Below are positions 10,099 through 19,909 of a DNA stretch of 64,000 bases, piece by piece. Where the stretch lies: NCBI GenBank assembly GCA_930979925.1, contig CAKNIB010000004.1:8556-72555 (forward strand), read 5' to 3'. The notes under the pieces are model-generated. The model had not been told where the DNA came from. It saw only the letters and a program-made list of their open reading frames with translations, and did no database searches. Numbering within the stretch: position 1 is the first letter of the stretch; each line of letters opens with the position of its first letter. Position numbers and translations under genes: made by a program. Source of the DNA: an uncultured Clostridia bacterium. Its GTDB lineage: Bacteria > Bacillota > Clostridia > Christensenellales > UBA1242.

Positions 10099-12167
10099 AA
10101 ATTAATGTTTTGGAGCCTAAGGTTTACAATAGAATATCAGCAGGTGAGGTTGTAGAGAGACCAGCATCTATTGTCAAAGAGCTTGTTGAGAACAGCATAG
10201 ACGCAGGCGCAGAAAACATAAGGATAGAGATAGAAGATGGTGGTATTAAATCAATTACAGTGTCAGATGACGGATGCGGAATTGATAGAGATGACATTAC
10301 CACTGCCTTTTTGCCACATGCAACCAGCAAAATAAAAGCTGTTGAAGACCTTGATAGTATAGAAAGCTTAGGCTTCCGAGGCGAAGCTCTTGCAAGTATT
10401 TCCTCAGTTTGTCAAGTAAAACTTTCAACTAAGACAAAGGACTCAGTGGTTGGATACTCGATTAAAGTCAATGGCGGTATCTTTGATGAGGTTAAGGAGA
10501 TAGCAAAAGAAAATGGCACCACTATTAGCTGCTCCAATCTTTTCTTTAACACGCCAGTTCGCGCCAAGTTTTTACGCAAGCCTAAGACTGAAGAAGGGGA
10601 AGTAACTCATCTAGTCGAGCGTTTTATGCTATCAAACAGCAACATCGCCTTTACCTATTATGTAGATGGCAAACTTATATACAATACTAAATCTTGTAGT
10701 ATGCAAGACATAATATATACGATATATGGTAGAGAAGTGTATGAGAACTTAGTTGAGGTTAACTTTGAAGATAGAGGTTATAAGATATTCGGCTATGTGA
10801 CAAAACCAAAAATATCAAAGAGTAATAGAACCTATCAAAACCTTTTTATCAATGGCAGATGTGTTGAAAACTTTCTAATCTCTAATGCCGTACAAAGTGT
10901 ATTTGAGGCGTTTTTAATGAGGGGACGCTTCCCAGTATACGTACTTTCTATAACACTACCTCCAAACTGTGTCGATGTTAACGTGCATCCTTCTAAAAAA
11001 GAGGTTAAATTTGAAAATCCAAACATGATTTTTAGTATGGTTAGACAGGCGGTAGAAAACGCACTACTTTCAACTAATCAGATTGCAAATTTCTCAGTAG
11101 ATGATTATAACAACAGCTATCAAGACGCTTCAAATCCTTTTAAAAATAATAGAAGTGGCAACGAAGCAGTCAGTGTTGTAACTAGATATGAAACTAATAG
11201 TGATGGCAACAGTGAAAATGTACAGGACGAGAGGTTAACATCAGAAAACAGTCAAAGTGAAAGACTTATACGAGAAAACGGACATGAGGTGCTAGCTTCT
11301 GACTCTATAAAGCCTGTTGGTTCTTTACGCGATAGGATGACTCAAGGTAAAAGTTTCAATGTTGACTTTTTTAACAATGAGGAAAAACTATATGAGCCAA
11401 AAGAGGTGGAGATTGATGTTGATAGCTCAAGCGACCAAGATGCGACAAACAAGGCAATTGACGAGCTTTCTAAAAAATCTCTAAAAGACAAATACGATAA
11501 TTCTTCGAATGGACCAACCTTTTATTTTGACCAAAGTGGCGAAAAGTTTACAGGTGAGATAGCAAAGGCTACTGAAGAAAAATTTATAAGTGCCAGCGTA
11601 AAAGATGAAATGAAAATCTTGGGCACGCTGTTTAAAACCTATATAGTCATAGAGCTTGCTGACAGCGTATATTTTATCGACCAGCATGCAGCTCATGAAA
11701 GACTACTTTATGACAAACTAGTAAGTCAAGTAGATAAAAAGGAGGTAGCAAGTCAAGACCTTCTTGCTCCTTTTACATTTACTGTTGGCGCTAAAGAGGC
11801 GGAGCAGATAGACCTTGCATTGCCTCAGCTTGAAGCTATGGGCTTTGTTATTGAGAAGGATAATTATACTTATATAATTAAATCTCTTCCTTATGTGCTT
11901 TCTTATATCAATCTTGAAGGCTTTGTTGACGAACTCGTTAAAGAGAGCGCAAACTGGGAAAGAAAACCGAGTGACTATATCCACTCAAAATTATGCCAGA
12001 GCGCTTGTAAACATGCAATCAAAGCGGGTGATAGCTTGACTAAGGATGAGTGTGCATATCTCATTGAGCAGGTGCGTAAAGGCGTAATGTTATGTCCTCA
12101 TGGCAGACCAATTACGCTTGTCATCACAAGATATGAATTTGAAAAAATGTTTAAACGCGTAGTTTAG
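10095..12167 (+). CDS. mutL: DNA mismatch repair protein MutL
   Basis: GHKL ATPase N-domain ([31 protein letters not shown]), long low-complexity linker, and C-terminal dimerisation domain with [11 protein letters not shown]. ATGA overlap with mutS. Confidence 0.95.
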   Translation: [690 protein letters not shown]

Positions 12168-12182
12168 TAAGTTTGACAAATC

Positions 12183-12233
12183 AAAATCTTATAATAATTA
12201 AAATCTTATATTAATCAAAATCTTAACTTAAAA
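12183..12233. repeat. Three tandem imperfect 17-bp repeats (AAAATCTTAnnnTAAnn) upstream of miaA
   Basis: Units at 12183-12199, 12200-12216 and 12217-12233 each begin with AAAATCTTA. Confidence 0.8.
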
Positions 12234-12242
12234 AGAGGATAT

Positions 12243-13154
12243 ATGAAAGACATGCCAAAGGTTTTGTTTATTTTGGGGCCAACAGGAGCTGGTAAATCTT
12301 CACTTGCAGTTGACCTTGCACTAAAATTTAATGGAGAGATTATATCGGCAGATTCTGTCCAAATCTTTAAGGAGTTTAATATTGGCTCGGCAAAGGTTAC
12401 AGAAGAGGAGAAAAAAGGCGTAGTCCATTATGGGATTGATATTATCTCGCCAAAAGAAACATTTTCAGTTTATGATTATATTAATTACACCAAAATTAAA
12501 ATTGGAGAAATTTTAGCTAAAGGTAAATTGCCTATCATAGTTGGAGGCACTGGACTTTATGTCAAATCTTTAATTGAGGGATACAACTTTGGCGACACCG
12601 AAAGACATGACGATTTCAGGGCTATGCTTGAAAAAGACTTGGAAGAGAAGGGTAAAGAGTATCTTTTTAATAAGCTAAAAAGCTTAGACCCAGTCCTTGC
12701 TTCAAAAATTGATAAAAATAATCCAGTTAGACTTATAAGGGCGCTTGAAATAGCAACTTTTGGTAGCAAGCAGACAAAGAAATCTTGTGACTATGATTTT
12801 AAAATTCTTGCGGTTTGCATGGATAGACAAGAGCTTTACACAAAATTAAACGCAAGAGTGGATAAAATGATAAAAGACGGACTAATTGAAGAGGTCAAAA
12901 ACCTTAAAAATAAGTATGGCGAGCAGTCGCAACCGATGAAGGCAATAGGATATAAAGAGGTACTATTATACTTAAATGGAAGCCTATCTAAAAAGGAAAC
13001 TATAGAGCTTATCAAACAGCACACTCGTAACTATGCAAAGAGACAGCTTACCTTTTTAAGAGGTCTTGAGAATGTCACATATATAGATAATCTTGATAAA
13101 GAAAAGGCGCTAATTACAGCAATAAATGAGGTGGAAGAATGGATGAAAAAATAA
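12243..13154 (+). CDS. miaA: tRNA dimethylallyltransferase MiaA
   Basis: P-loop GPTGAGKSSLA followed by SADSVQIFKEFNIGSAK. SD AAGAGGA. Confidence 0.9.
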   Translation: MKDMPKVLFILGPTGAGKSSLAVDLALKFNGEIISADSVQIFKEFNIGSAKVTEEEKKGVVHYGIDIISPKETFSVYDYINYTKIKIGEILAKGKLPIIVGGTGLYVKSLIEGYNFGDTERHDDFRAMLEKDLEEKGKEYLFNKLKSLDPVLASKIDKNNPVRLIRALEIATFGSKQTKKSCDYDFKILAVCMDRQELYTKLNARVDKMIKDGLIEEVKNLKNKYGEQSQPMKAIGYKEVLLYLNGSLSKKETIELIKQHTRNYAKRQLTFLRGLENVTYIDNLDKEKALITAINEVEEWMKK

Positions 13155-14362
13155 GCGAAATATTGAAAGAGACAGAAGAGAAGCTAAAACCCCAATTTGA
13201 GAGGATAGAGAAAATAGCTTTTATCAATCAAAAGAAGGTTTTAGATGCTTTTATTGAGTTAAAAGTATCCTCTCAATGCTTTAATGGTACTACTGGCTAT
13301 GGCTATGATGATGTAGGTCGAGATACTCTTGCAAAGGTCTATGCAAAGGTGTTTGGCGGGGAGAAGGCGATAGTATCTCCATTGCTTACTTGTGGTACTC
13401 ATGCAATTACCACTGTTCTTTACGGACTGCTCAAACCAGGCATGACCATGTTATCTATTACAGGGCTGCCATACGACACCATACATGAAACATTGTTTGG
13501 CAAGGGGAACTCCTCTCTTGAAGATTACGGCGTGAAATACCGTCAAATAGATTTAAATGACGATAGCACTTTCAAATGTGATGAGATATATAAACAGGTA
13601 AAGAAATATAAGCCAGAGGTTGTCTATCTTCAGCGCTCTCGAGGCTATAGTTCGCGTAAAGCTCTGTCTCCATTTGATATGAAAGAGGTTTTTGAAAAAA
13701 TAAAACAACTATCAAAAGCTACAACAATCGTTGTTGATAACTGTTATGGCGAGTTTGTCGACACGATAGAACCAACCGATGTGGGCGCCGACGTAATAGT
13801 TGGCTCACTTATCAAAAACCCAGGTGGCGGACTGGCTCCAACAGGTGGATATATTGTAGGAAAAGAGGATGCAATTGACAGAATAGCTACTAGATATACC
13901 AACCCTTCTTTAAAGCTGGAGGTAGGCTCATACGAAATGGGGTATCGCCTTTTCTATCAAGGACTTTTCATGTCTCCACACACTGTGGCACAGGCACTAA
14001 AGGGCTCGCTACTTGTCGGTCAAATTATGGAGGATAAGGGCTATAAGGTTATACCGTCAAACGATGATATCCCTCAGGATATTGTAAAGTCAGTTGTATT
14101 TAATAATGAGGATGACCTTGTAAAGTTTGTTCAAACAGTGCAAAAAATTTCACCGGTGGATGGTTACGTTTTGCCAATGCCTTGGGACATGCCGGGGTAT
14201 ACCGATAAAGTTATAATGGCAGCTGGAACATTCGTCGGAGGCTCATCGATTGAGTTTTCTTGTGACGGACCTATAAGACCGCCATATATTGCCTATTTTC
14301 AGGGCGGGCTAACTTACGAGCACGTCAAAGTATTTGCTGAAAAATTATTAGAAATATATTAA
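13139..14362 (+). CDS. Aluminium-resistance/YnbB-type PLP-dependent enzyme (Met_gamma_lyase family)
   Basis: Length and sequence pattern match the YnbB family (by memory). 16-nt overlap with miaA. Confidence 0.65.
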   Translation: MDEKISEILKETEEKLKPQFERIEKIAFINQKKVLDAFIELKVSSQCFNGTTGYGYDDVGRDTLAKVYAKVFGGEKAIVSPLLTCGTHAITTVLYGLLKPGMTMLSITGLPYDTIHETLFGKGNSSLEDYGVKYRQIDLNDDSTFKCDEIYKQVKKYKPEVVYLQRSRGYSSRKALSPFDMKEVFEKIKQLSKATTIVVDNCYGEFVDTIEPTDVGADVIVGSLIKNPGGGLAPTGGYIVGKEDAIDRIATRYTNPSLKLEVGSYEMGYRLFYQGLFMSPHTVAQALKGSLLVGQIMEDKGYKVIPSNDDIPQDIVKSVVFNNEDDLVKFVQTVQKISPVDGYVLPMPWDMPGYTDKVIMAAGTFVGGSSIEFSCDGPIRPPYIAYFQGGLTYEHVKVFAEKLLEIY

Positions 14363-14450
14363 TATATAAGATTTTTAATGTAGAAATACTAAATAATATA
14401 GATATTAACATCTATGTTATTTTTTTTAAAATACTATCATAGATTAAAAT

Positions 14451-15068
14451 ATGACAAATAAAAACAAAAATCGATTTTTCAGAGAAACCTCAAGTTTTAT
14501 ACTCGACACCATAAAAGAGTGCAAAATTAGGACTATAATTATAACGTCTTTACTTTTAATAACTTTGCTTACAGGTATCATTGTGGGCATCAGGACACAT
14601 AACAGCTATAATATATCAAACAATTTTGGAGTAGTGGACATTTCAGAAAACGGAGTAAGCTCTTCTACCTTTTTCACTCGGCTTTTGTCTATGCTCCTTG
14701 TATTTTTGATATTGTTTGGAAGCTCATACAATAAATACACTTGGGCTATCGGCTTTATATTTCTAGGGTATAGGTCATATCTTTTGGGACTCAATATAAC
14801 CTTAATGATTATCTTTTATGGGTTCTCTGGCGTTGTGGTATCGGTAATTGTCGCGTTGCCTTGTCAACTTTTAACTTTAATTGTACTTAGTGTATTCTTT
14901 ATAATGATGTCAAAAACTTTCTGCGACTACAGAAACTTTGGCGGATGTAGAATACCAAAACAAAAGACAAAAATTCTTGTTACAACTTTAATCTTACTTT
15001 TATTAATATGTATTTTAGAATCAATTTTGCTTTCTTTATTTAGTGCGAAGGTGATACTAGTCATTTAA
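14451..15068 (+). CDS. Polytopic membrane protein, possibly SpoIIM-like
   Basis: About 5 TM segments. Size and hydrophobic layout resemble stage II sporulation protein M (LPCQLLTLIV vs LPQNLLLIP). Weak call. Confidence 0.35.
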   Translation: MTNKNKNRFFRETSSFILDTIKECKIRTIIITSLLLITLLTGIIVGIRTHNSYNISNNFGVVDISENGVSSSTFFTRLLSMLLVFLILFGSSYNKYTWAIGFIFLGYRSYLLGLNITLMIIFYGFSGVVVSVIVALPCQLLTLIVLSVFFIMMSKTFCDYRNFGGCRIPKQKTKILVTTLILLLLICILESILLSLFSAKVILVI

Positions 15069-15141
15069 ATTGAAAATTACTCAATTTATTGAGTATAAAA
15101 AAGAATTTTTTGATAAAACTAATTAGCAAAGGAGAAGTTTT

Positions 15142-16293
15142 ATGAAAAGATTCTTTTTATTTAGTTTAATTTTGTGCTTACTTGCAACATCACTTGCTTT
15201 TAGCATGCCTATGGTAGCTAGGGCGGAGAGTGATGTTGATATAACCAGTAAAAGTGCCTGCCTTGTAGACTATGCGTCAGGTAGCATGCTTTATGGTCAC
15301 AATCCAAAGGAGCACCTTCCAATAGCCAGTATGGTCAAGATGATGACAATACTTTTGACTCTTGACGAATTTGATAAAGGTTCGCTAACCGAGGAGACCA
15401 TGATTACTACTTCCGAAAACGCCTCAGGCATGGGAGGTAGTCAGGTATTTATTGACCCATATGTTGAGTACAGTGCTGGTGACTTACTTAAAAGTGTAAT
15501 CATGGCATCGGCAAATGACGCCTCAGTTGCGCTAGCTGAGCATATTAGCGGTAGCGAAAAGGCGTTTGTAAACAAGATGAATCAAAAAGCAAAAGAGCTT
15601 GGCATGAATGATACATATTATGTAAATTGTACCGGTCTTCCGGCTCCAGAACAATATTCCTGCGCAATAGATTGTGCGGTAGTTCTTAAAGAGATTGCAG
15701 AGCACGAATTGTATCACAAATATAGCACTATTTGGATGGACGAACTAGTTCATCCTTCTGGTCGAAAGACAGAGCTTGTAAATACCAATAGACTTATCAG
15801 ATATTACGATGGTTGTGATGGCGGTAAGACTGGCTCGACAAATGAAGCGGGTTGTTGTTTGTCAGCATCAGCCGTAAGAAATAACATGAGATTAATCTCG
15901 GTGGTAATTGGCGCAAAAAATAGCCAAACACGATTTAACGAGTGCACCAAACTTTTCAACTATGGTTTTGCAAATTACGAGAGCAAAAAGATTGTAGATA
16001 GCACTTTGCCGGCATTGAGCTTAAAGGTAAACAAAGGCAAAGTTGACAACGCAGATATCTATGCAAATGAAGATTATGCAGTAGTAGTTAAAAAAGGTGA
16101 TGCTCACAATTATGAGGTAACTTATGATAGCCCAAATAAGATATCAGCTCCAACACGCGAGGGCGATATTGTAGGAAAGGCTATAATATCAAAAGAGGGT
16201 AGTGTTGTAAAAGAAATTGACCTAGAAGTTAGAGCAAACATTGACGCACTTTCTCTTAAAGACTGCTTTGACAAAGTGGTTGAAAACTGGTAG
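15142..16293 (+). CDS. D-alanyl-D-alanine carboxypeptidase (peptidase S11, DacB/DacF-like)
   Basis: Signal peptide, SxxK (ASMVKMMT), SxN (SANDA) and KTG (GKTGST). SD AAAGGAGAA. Confidence 0.85.
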   Translation: MKRFFLFSLILCLLATSLAFSMPMVARAESDVDITSKSACLVDYASGSMLYGHNPKEHLPIASMVKMMTILLTLDEFDKGSLTEETMITTSENASGMGGSQVFIDPYVEYSAGDLLKSVIMASANDASVALAEHISGSEKAFVNKMNQKAKELGMNDTYYVNCTGLPAPEQYSCAIDCAVVLKEIAEHELYHKYSTIWMDELVHPSGRKTELVNTNRLIRYYDGCDGGKTGSTNEAGCCLSASAVRNNMRLISVVIGAKNSQTRFNECTKLFNYGFANYESKKIVDSTLPALSLKVNKGKVDNADIYANEDYAVVVKKGDAHNYEVTYDSPNKISAPTREGDIVGKAIISKEGSVVKEIDLEVRANIDALSLKDCFDKVVENW

Positions 16294-16382
16294 AAAATAT
16301 AGAAGAGCTTTATCTAATAGGATTAAGTTCTTTTTTTTGTTAACGAAAATTTTTTAATAAAACTGCAATTTTTTGATTAGGG

Positions 16383-16997
16383 CTAAACTAATTTAACTTT
16401 AATAATGATGTCGAAATCAATCTCTTTAAAGGAGAATATAAGGTAACAATCATTTCTCGTTTGTAACTGGAATAAATACATATTTTTAACTAGAACGGCA
16501 TTATCGGTAGCTGAAAAGTCATATTTTAAGTTGTCAATTTTTTGGTTTATTTGGTCATAGACATCTATTTGAAAGGTGCAATAATTATCTTTGACATATA
16601 GTGTGTCATCAAAAAAATCACAATTCTCGACTGGTGATAAAACAAAACTATAATCATCATTATATACAGCAACGTCGATTTGCGTTTTTGCTAGTTGTCC
16701 CTCAAGTGTTGCTGTTAAAGTCACAGTAACTTCGCCGGCGTTTATACCAGTAATTTTTTCTTCATCTATTTCAATGATATTATCTTTACTAACCTCAAAA
16801 CTTATCTCAGCATTCTCGTTTGATATCGTATAATAGTTATATATACTCTGTCCAACCTTCAACGAAATATTGTTTCCGTTCATAGTTAGCGGAGTAAACA
16901 CACCATCATCTTTAAACAAAAAATAAAGCAATAGTAGACCTATGCTTAAAGCTAACATAAAAAGACTTATTAGAAGCGACGAGGCTCTTTTTGTCAT
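16383..16997 (-). CDS. Membrane-anchored protein with a Big_2-like Ig domain
   Basis: N-terminal TM helix and a Big_2-like stretch (ITGINAGEVTVTLTATL). No SD; see the leaderless promoter at 17004-17031. Confidence 0.6.
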   Translation of the reverse strand: MTKRASSLLISLFMLALSIGLLLLYFLFKDDGVFTPLTMNGNNISLKVGQSIYNYYTISNENAEISFEVSKDNIIEIDEEKITGINAGEVTVTLTATLEGQLAKTQIDVAVYNDDYSFVLSPVENCDFFDDTLYVKDNYCTFQIDVYDQINQKIDNLKYDFSATDNAVLVKNMYLFQLQTRNDCYLIFSFKEIDFDIIIKVKLV

Positions 16998-17003
16998 GTA
17001 AAA

Positions 17004-17031
17004 ATAATAGCAAATTTTGTCGAAAAATCAA
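17004..17031 (-). promoter_or_regulatory. Promoter placed for a leaderless transcript of the 16997 gene
   Basis: Minus strand reads TTGATT (17031-17026), 16 nt, TATTAT (17009-17004), 6 nt (ttttac), ATG (16997). Confidence 0.5.
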
Positions 17032-17229
17032 AAAGATTTTAATGCCTTTCTTTTTATTAATTAGATTTTTGTATATAAAATCTCAAGGCAAAGACAAGAC
17101 AATTTTTGTCAAATTAAAATTAGCATAAATCTATGATTTTACTTGCTTTTTACTCCTTTATCTTATATAATTGTTGTGAGGCGTTTTTAGATATAAAATT
17201 AAACAAAACGTAAAATAACAGGTGTAGAA

Positions 17230-18024
17230 GTGGCAGAAGATACAATAAAGGATGACAAAATGGAAGAGGAGGTTACTCAAACTGAGCAACTATCTTTTGT
17301 CGACGATAAATATAGGTTTAAACTTGACAACTTTGAAGGTCCGCTTGACCTACTTTTGCACCTTATTAAAGACGCAAAACTTGATATTATGACTATTAAA
17401 CTTGCAGATATTACAGAGCAGTATCTAGAATATATGCAGGATATCGATACCATTGATATGGACAAAGCAAGCGAGTTTATTACAGTTGCTGCAACACTTA
17501 TTGAGATAAAGTCTAAACATCTTCTCCCAGTAGAGACAGAAGAAAGTGTCGACGAAGAGGATAGCGAAGCATTACTCCTTCAACGACTTAAAGAATATGA
17601 GCTTTTTAAGAAAACAGGGCAAAGACTAAAAGAGATAGAAGATATCAATAAACTGTATCGCGCTCCAGGTAAAGAAACTGAAAAGGTTAAAATCATTATC
17701 AAGGACATGGTGCTAGATAAACTTCTAGACGCCTTTGCAAATCTTCTTGCAAAGCAGGAGGCAAGGGGAAAGGAAAAGGAACAGCCTAAGAAAATTGTTA
17801 AAGATAGATTTACCGTTGCTGAAAAGATAGTTTCTATTAGAGGCTATGCAAGAGAGCATCGTCGCTTTCCATTTGAAGAACTCTTCACAAACGATATGAC
17901 AAAGAGTGAAATGATAAATGTCTTTTTAGCTTTGCTAGAACTATTAAAGCTTCAATCGGTACGCGTAGAGCAGATGGGTATCTTTCAGCAAATTAATATT
18001 ATATCAAATGAGGTACAGTCATGA
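17230..18024 (+). CDS. scpA: Segregation and condensation protein A
   Basis: ScpA signature FEGPLDLLLHLIKDAKLDIMTIKLADITEQYLEYM. ATGA overlap with scpB. The start codon (GTG 17230) is uncertain. Confidence 0.85.
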   Translation: MAEDTIKDDKMEEEVTQTEQLSFVDDKYRFKLDNFEGPLDLLLHLIKDAKLDIMTIKLADITEQYLEYMQDIDTIDMDKASEFITVAATLIEIKSKHLLPVETEESVDEEDSEALLLQRLKEYELFKKTGQRLKEIEDINKLYRAPGKETEKVKIIIKDMVLDKLLDAFANLLAKQEARGKEKEQPKKIVKDRFTVAEKIVSIRGYAREHRRFPFEELFTNDMTKSEMINVFLALLELLKLQSVRVEQMGIFQQINIISNEVQS

Positions 18025-18734
18025 ATATGTTAGACTTAAAAAACTTAAAAGAAATTTTGTATTCTATCCTTTTTGTTGCAGGCGATGGAATAGAAAAGTC
18101 CTTTATAGCCGAAAAACTTGATATTAGCAAAAAGGACCTTGACAAAGCACTCGAAGAGCTTAAAAAAGACCTCTCAGGCGATGCGGGAGTTCATTTAATA
18201 GAATATAAGGATAAGGTGCAACTTGCAACCAATCCAAATTACGCAAGTTACATATCTGATGTTTTAAATCCAATACGAGAGAAGTCTTTGACACGTGCAG
18301 CACTTGAAACACTAGCTATAATTGCCTATAAACAACCTATAACAAAGCTTGATATTGAGGATATAAGGGGAGTTAACTCAGATTACGCCGTCCAAATACT
18401 TATTGACCAAAATATGATAGAGGTTGTTGGGAGAAAGGACGCAGTAGGAAAGCCTCTTCTCTTTGGTACAACTGAAAACTTTTTAAAAAGATTTGATATC
18501 AAAGATTTATCAGACCTACCTGACTATGAAGAACTACTTGAGCGCATAAAGACTATAAGACAAGAAGAGGATGATAATCAAGGCGATGGACTCTTTAGAA
18601 ATGTGGATGACCTTGAGTTTAATGAAGAGCTTCCTGATTACTTAAAAGGTGAGGATGTGCAGATGATTGAAGCTGACGATCTCTCAGTTTTAGCTCAACC
18701 TGACTCGGATAACTCCTCTGATGATATTGCATAA
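18021..18734 (+). CDS. scpB: Segregation and condensation protein B
   Basis: ScpB winged-helix pattern (ILFVAGDG..., [29 protein letters not shown]) plus an acidic ~55-aa C-terminal tail. Confidence 0.85.
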   Translation: [237 protein letters not shown]

Positions 18735-18783
18735 TACCACTATATAATGTATTATATCTAACATACAATATACAAAATATGCT

Positions 18784-18818
18784 AAAAGAGAGTATTTTGT
18801 TGATACTCTCTTTTTTGT
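18784..18818 (+). terminator. Rho-independent terminator after scpB
   Basis: AAAAGAGAGTAT..ATACTCTCTTTTTT hairpin with a T-run. Confidence 0.7.
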
Positions 18819-18905
18819 CTCATTACTTTAGAATGTTTGAAAAACTTACTTACAAATTGTACTGCTGTTTAGAATTATTAAAGTTATGTCTGCATACTTA
18901 TAAAT

Positions 18906-19055
18906 ATGTTTAAAAGAATAAAAAGTTATGGTGAGAGGTATGCTTTTGCTTCGGTAAAAGTAAAGATTAGCAAGAGAAAGGTATTTATAATAATCTTTGC
19001 TTTTCTTGTAGTAGCAGAAATAGTATTAGGAATTTTATGGGCGCTAGGATATTAA
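18906..19055 (+). CDS. Possible 49-aa single-TM peptide overlapping the start of the M50 protease gene
   Basis: MFKRIKSYGERYAFASVKVKISKRKVFIIIFAFLVVAEIVLGILWALGY. Not in the ORF track (<60 aa). No SD. Overlaps the protease ATG by 19 nt. Confidence 0.25.
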   Translation: MFKRIKSYGERYAFASVKVKISKRKVFIIIFAFLVVAEIVLGILWALGY

Positions 19056-19909
19056 GACTAAAGGATAAACTTAAGAAAAGCCCAATACATCCCTCATTTA
19101 TTTTATTCTTTTTATGGTTTGTTTTTACAAAAAATCTTTCTTCTTTTTTTATGTTTGCAGTGGTAGTGCTTTCGCATGAGTTTGGTCATTTTCTGGTTGC
19201 AAGAAAACTTGGGTATAAGCTTGATAGCTTTACTCTTGCGCCATATGGTATTAGCTTAAATTATAAGGACAAGGTGTTTGAGAGTAGAGACGAGGTATTA
19301 ATAGCTCTCGCTGGTCCTCTTGTAAATATTATTTTAAGTTTAGTGCTAGTATCGCTTTGGTGGGTTGTGCCAGATATTTATAATTATACCGATACTTTAG
19401 TCAGCCAATCTTTTTTGCTTGGAATATTTAATCTCCTGCCTTGTTATCCGCTAGACGGTGGAAGGATAATGGTAGGACTTCTTCAAAAGACTTTGTCGCG
19501 AGATAAAGCAATAAAAATAACTAGGATTTTTAATTACCTTTTTTCAGCATTGCTGTTTTTACTATTTTTTATAACATGTTTTATAGATTTTAATCCTACT
19601 CTATGTTTATGCGGTGTCTTTTTGATAATAGGGATAATAGACTCAAAATTTGAATGTAAATACCAGCCGATTTCTCTTTTAAAAAAGGAAAATAAAAACT
19701 TCTCTAGACCAAGTTTTTATACGGTTAGTAGCGATGTTAAACTCTCTAGTCTTTTAAAACATATTGAGCTTAATAAGTTGACCATTTTTGTGGTATCACT
19801 TAAAAACGGAAAGACAATATTTTTAGACGAAGAAAAAGTTAAGCGACTAGCACTTAACTTTTCAATAAACACCACTCTTTCAGAGATTTTTAAACAAGAA
19901 AAGGAATAA
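19037..19909 (+). CDS. Site-2 protease, peptidase M50 family (SpoIVFB-like size and layout)
   Basis: HExxH (HEFGHFLVA) in a TM helix, NLLPCYPLDGG motif, 290 aa with a C-terminal soluble domain. AGGA SD. Confidence 0.8.
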   Translation: MGARILRLKDKLKKSPIHPSFILFFLWFVFTKNLSSFFMFAVVVLSHEFGHFLVARKLGYKLDSFTLAPYGISLNYKDKVFESRDEVLIALAGPLVNIILSLVLVSLWWVVPDIYNYTDTLVSQSFLLGIFNLLPCYPLDGGRIMVGLLQKTLSRDKAIKITRIFNYLFSALLFLLFFITCFIDFNPTLCLCGVFLIIGIIDSKFECKYQPISLLKKENKNFSRPSFYTVSSDVKLSSLLKHIELNKLTIFVVSLKNGKTIFLDEEKVKRLALNFSINTTLSEIFKQEKE

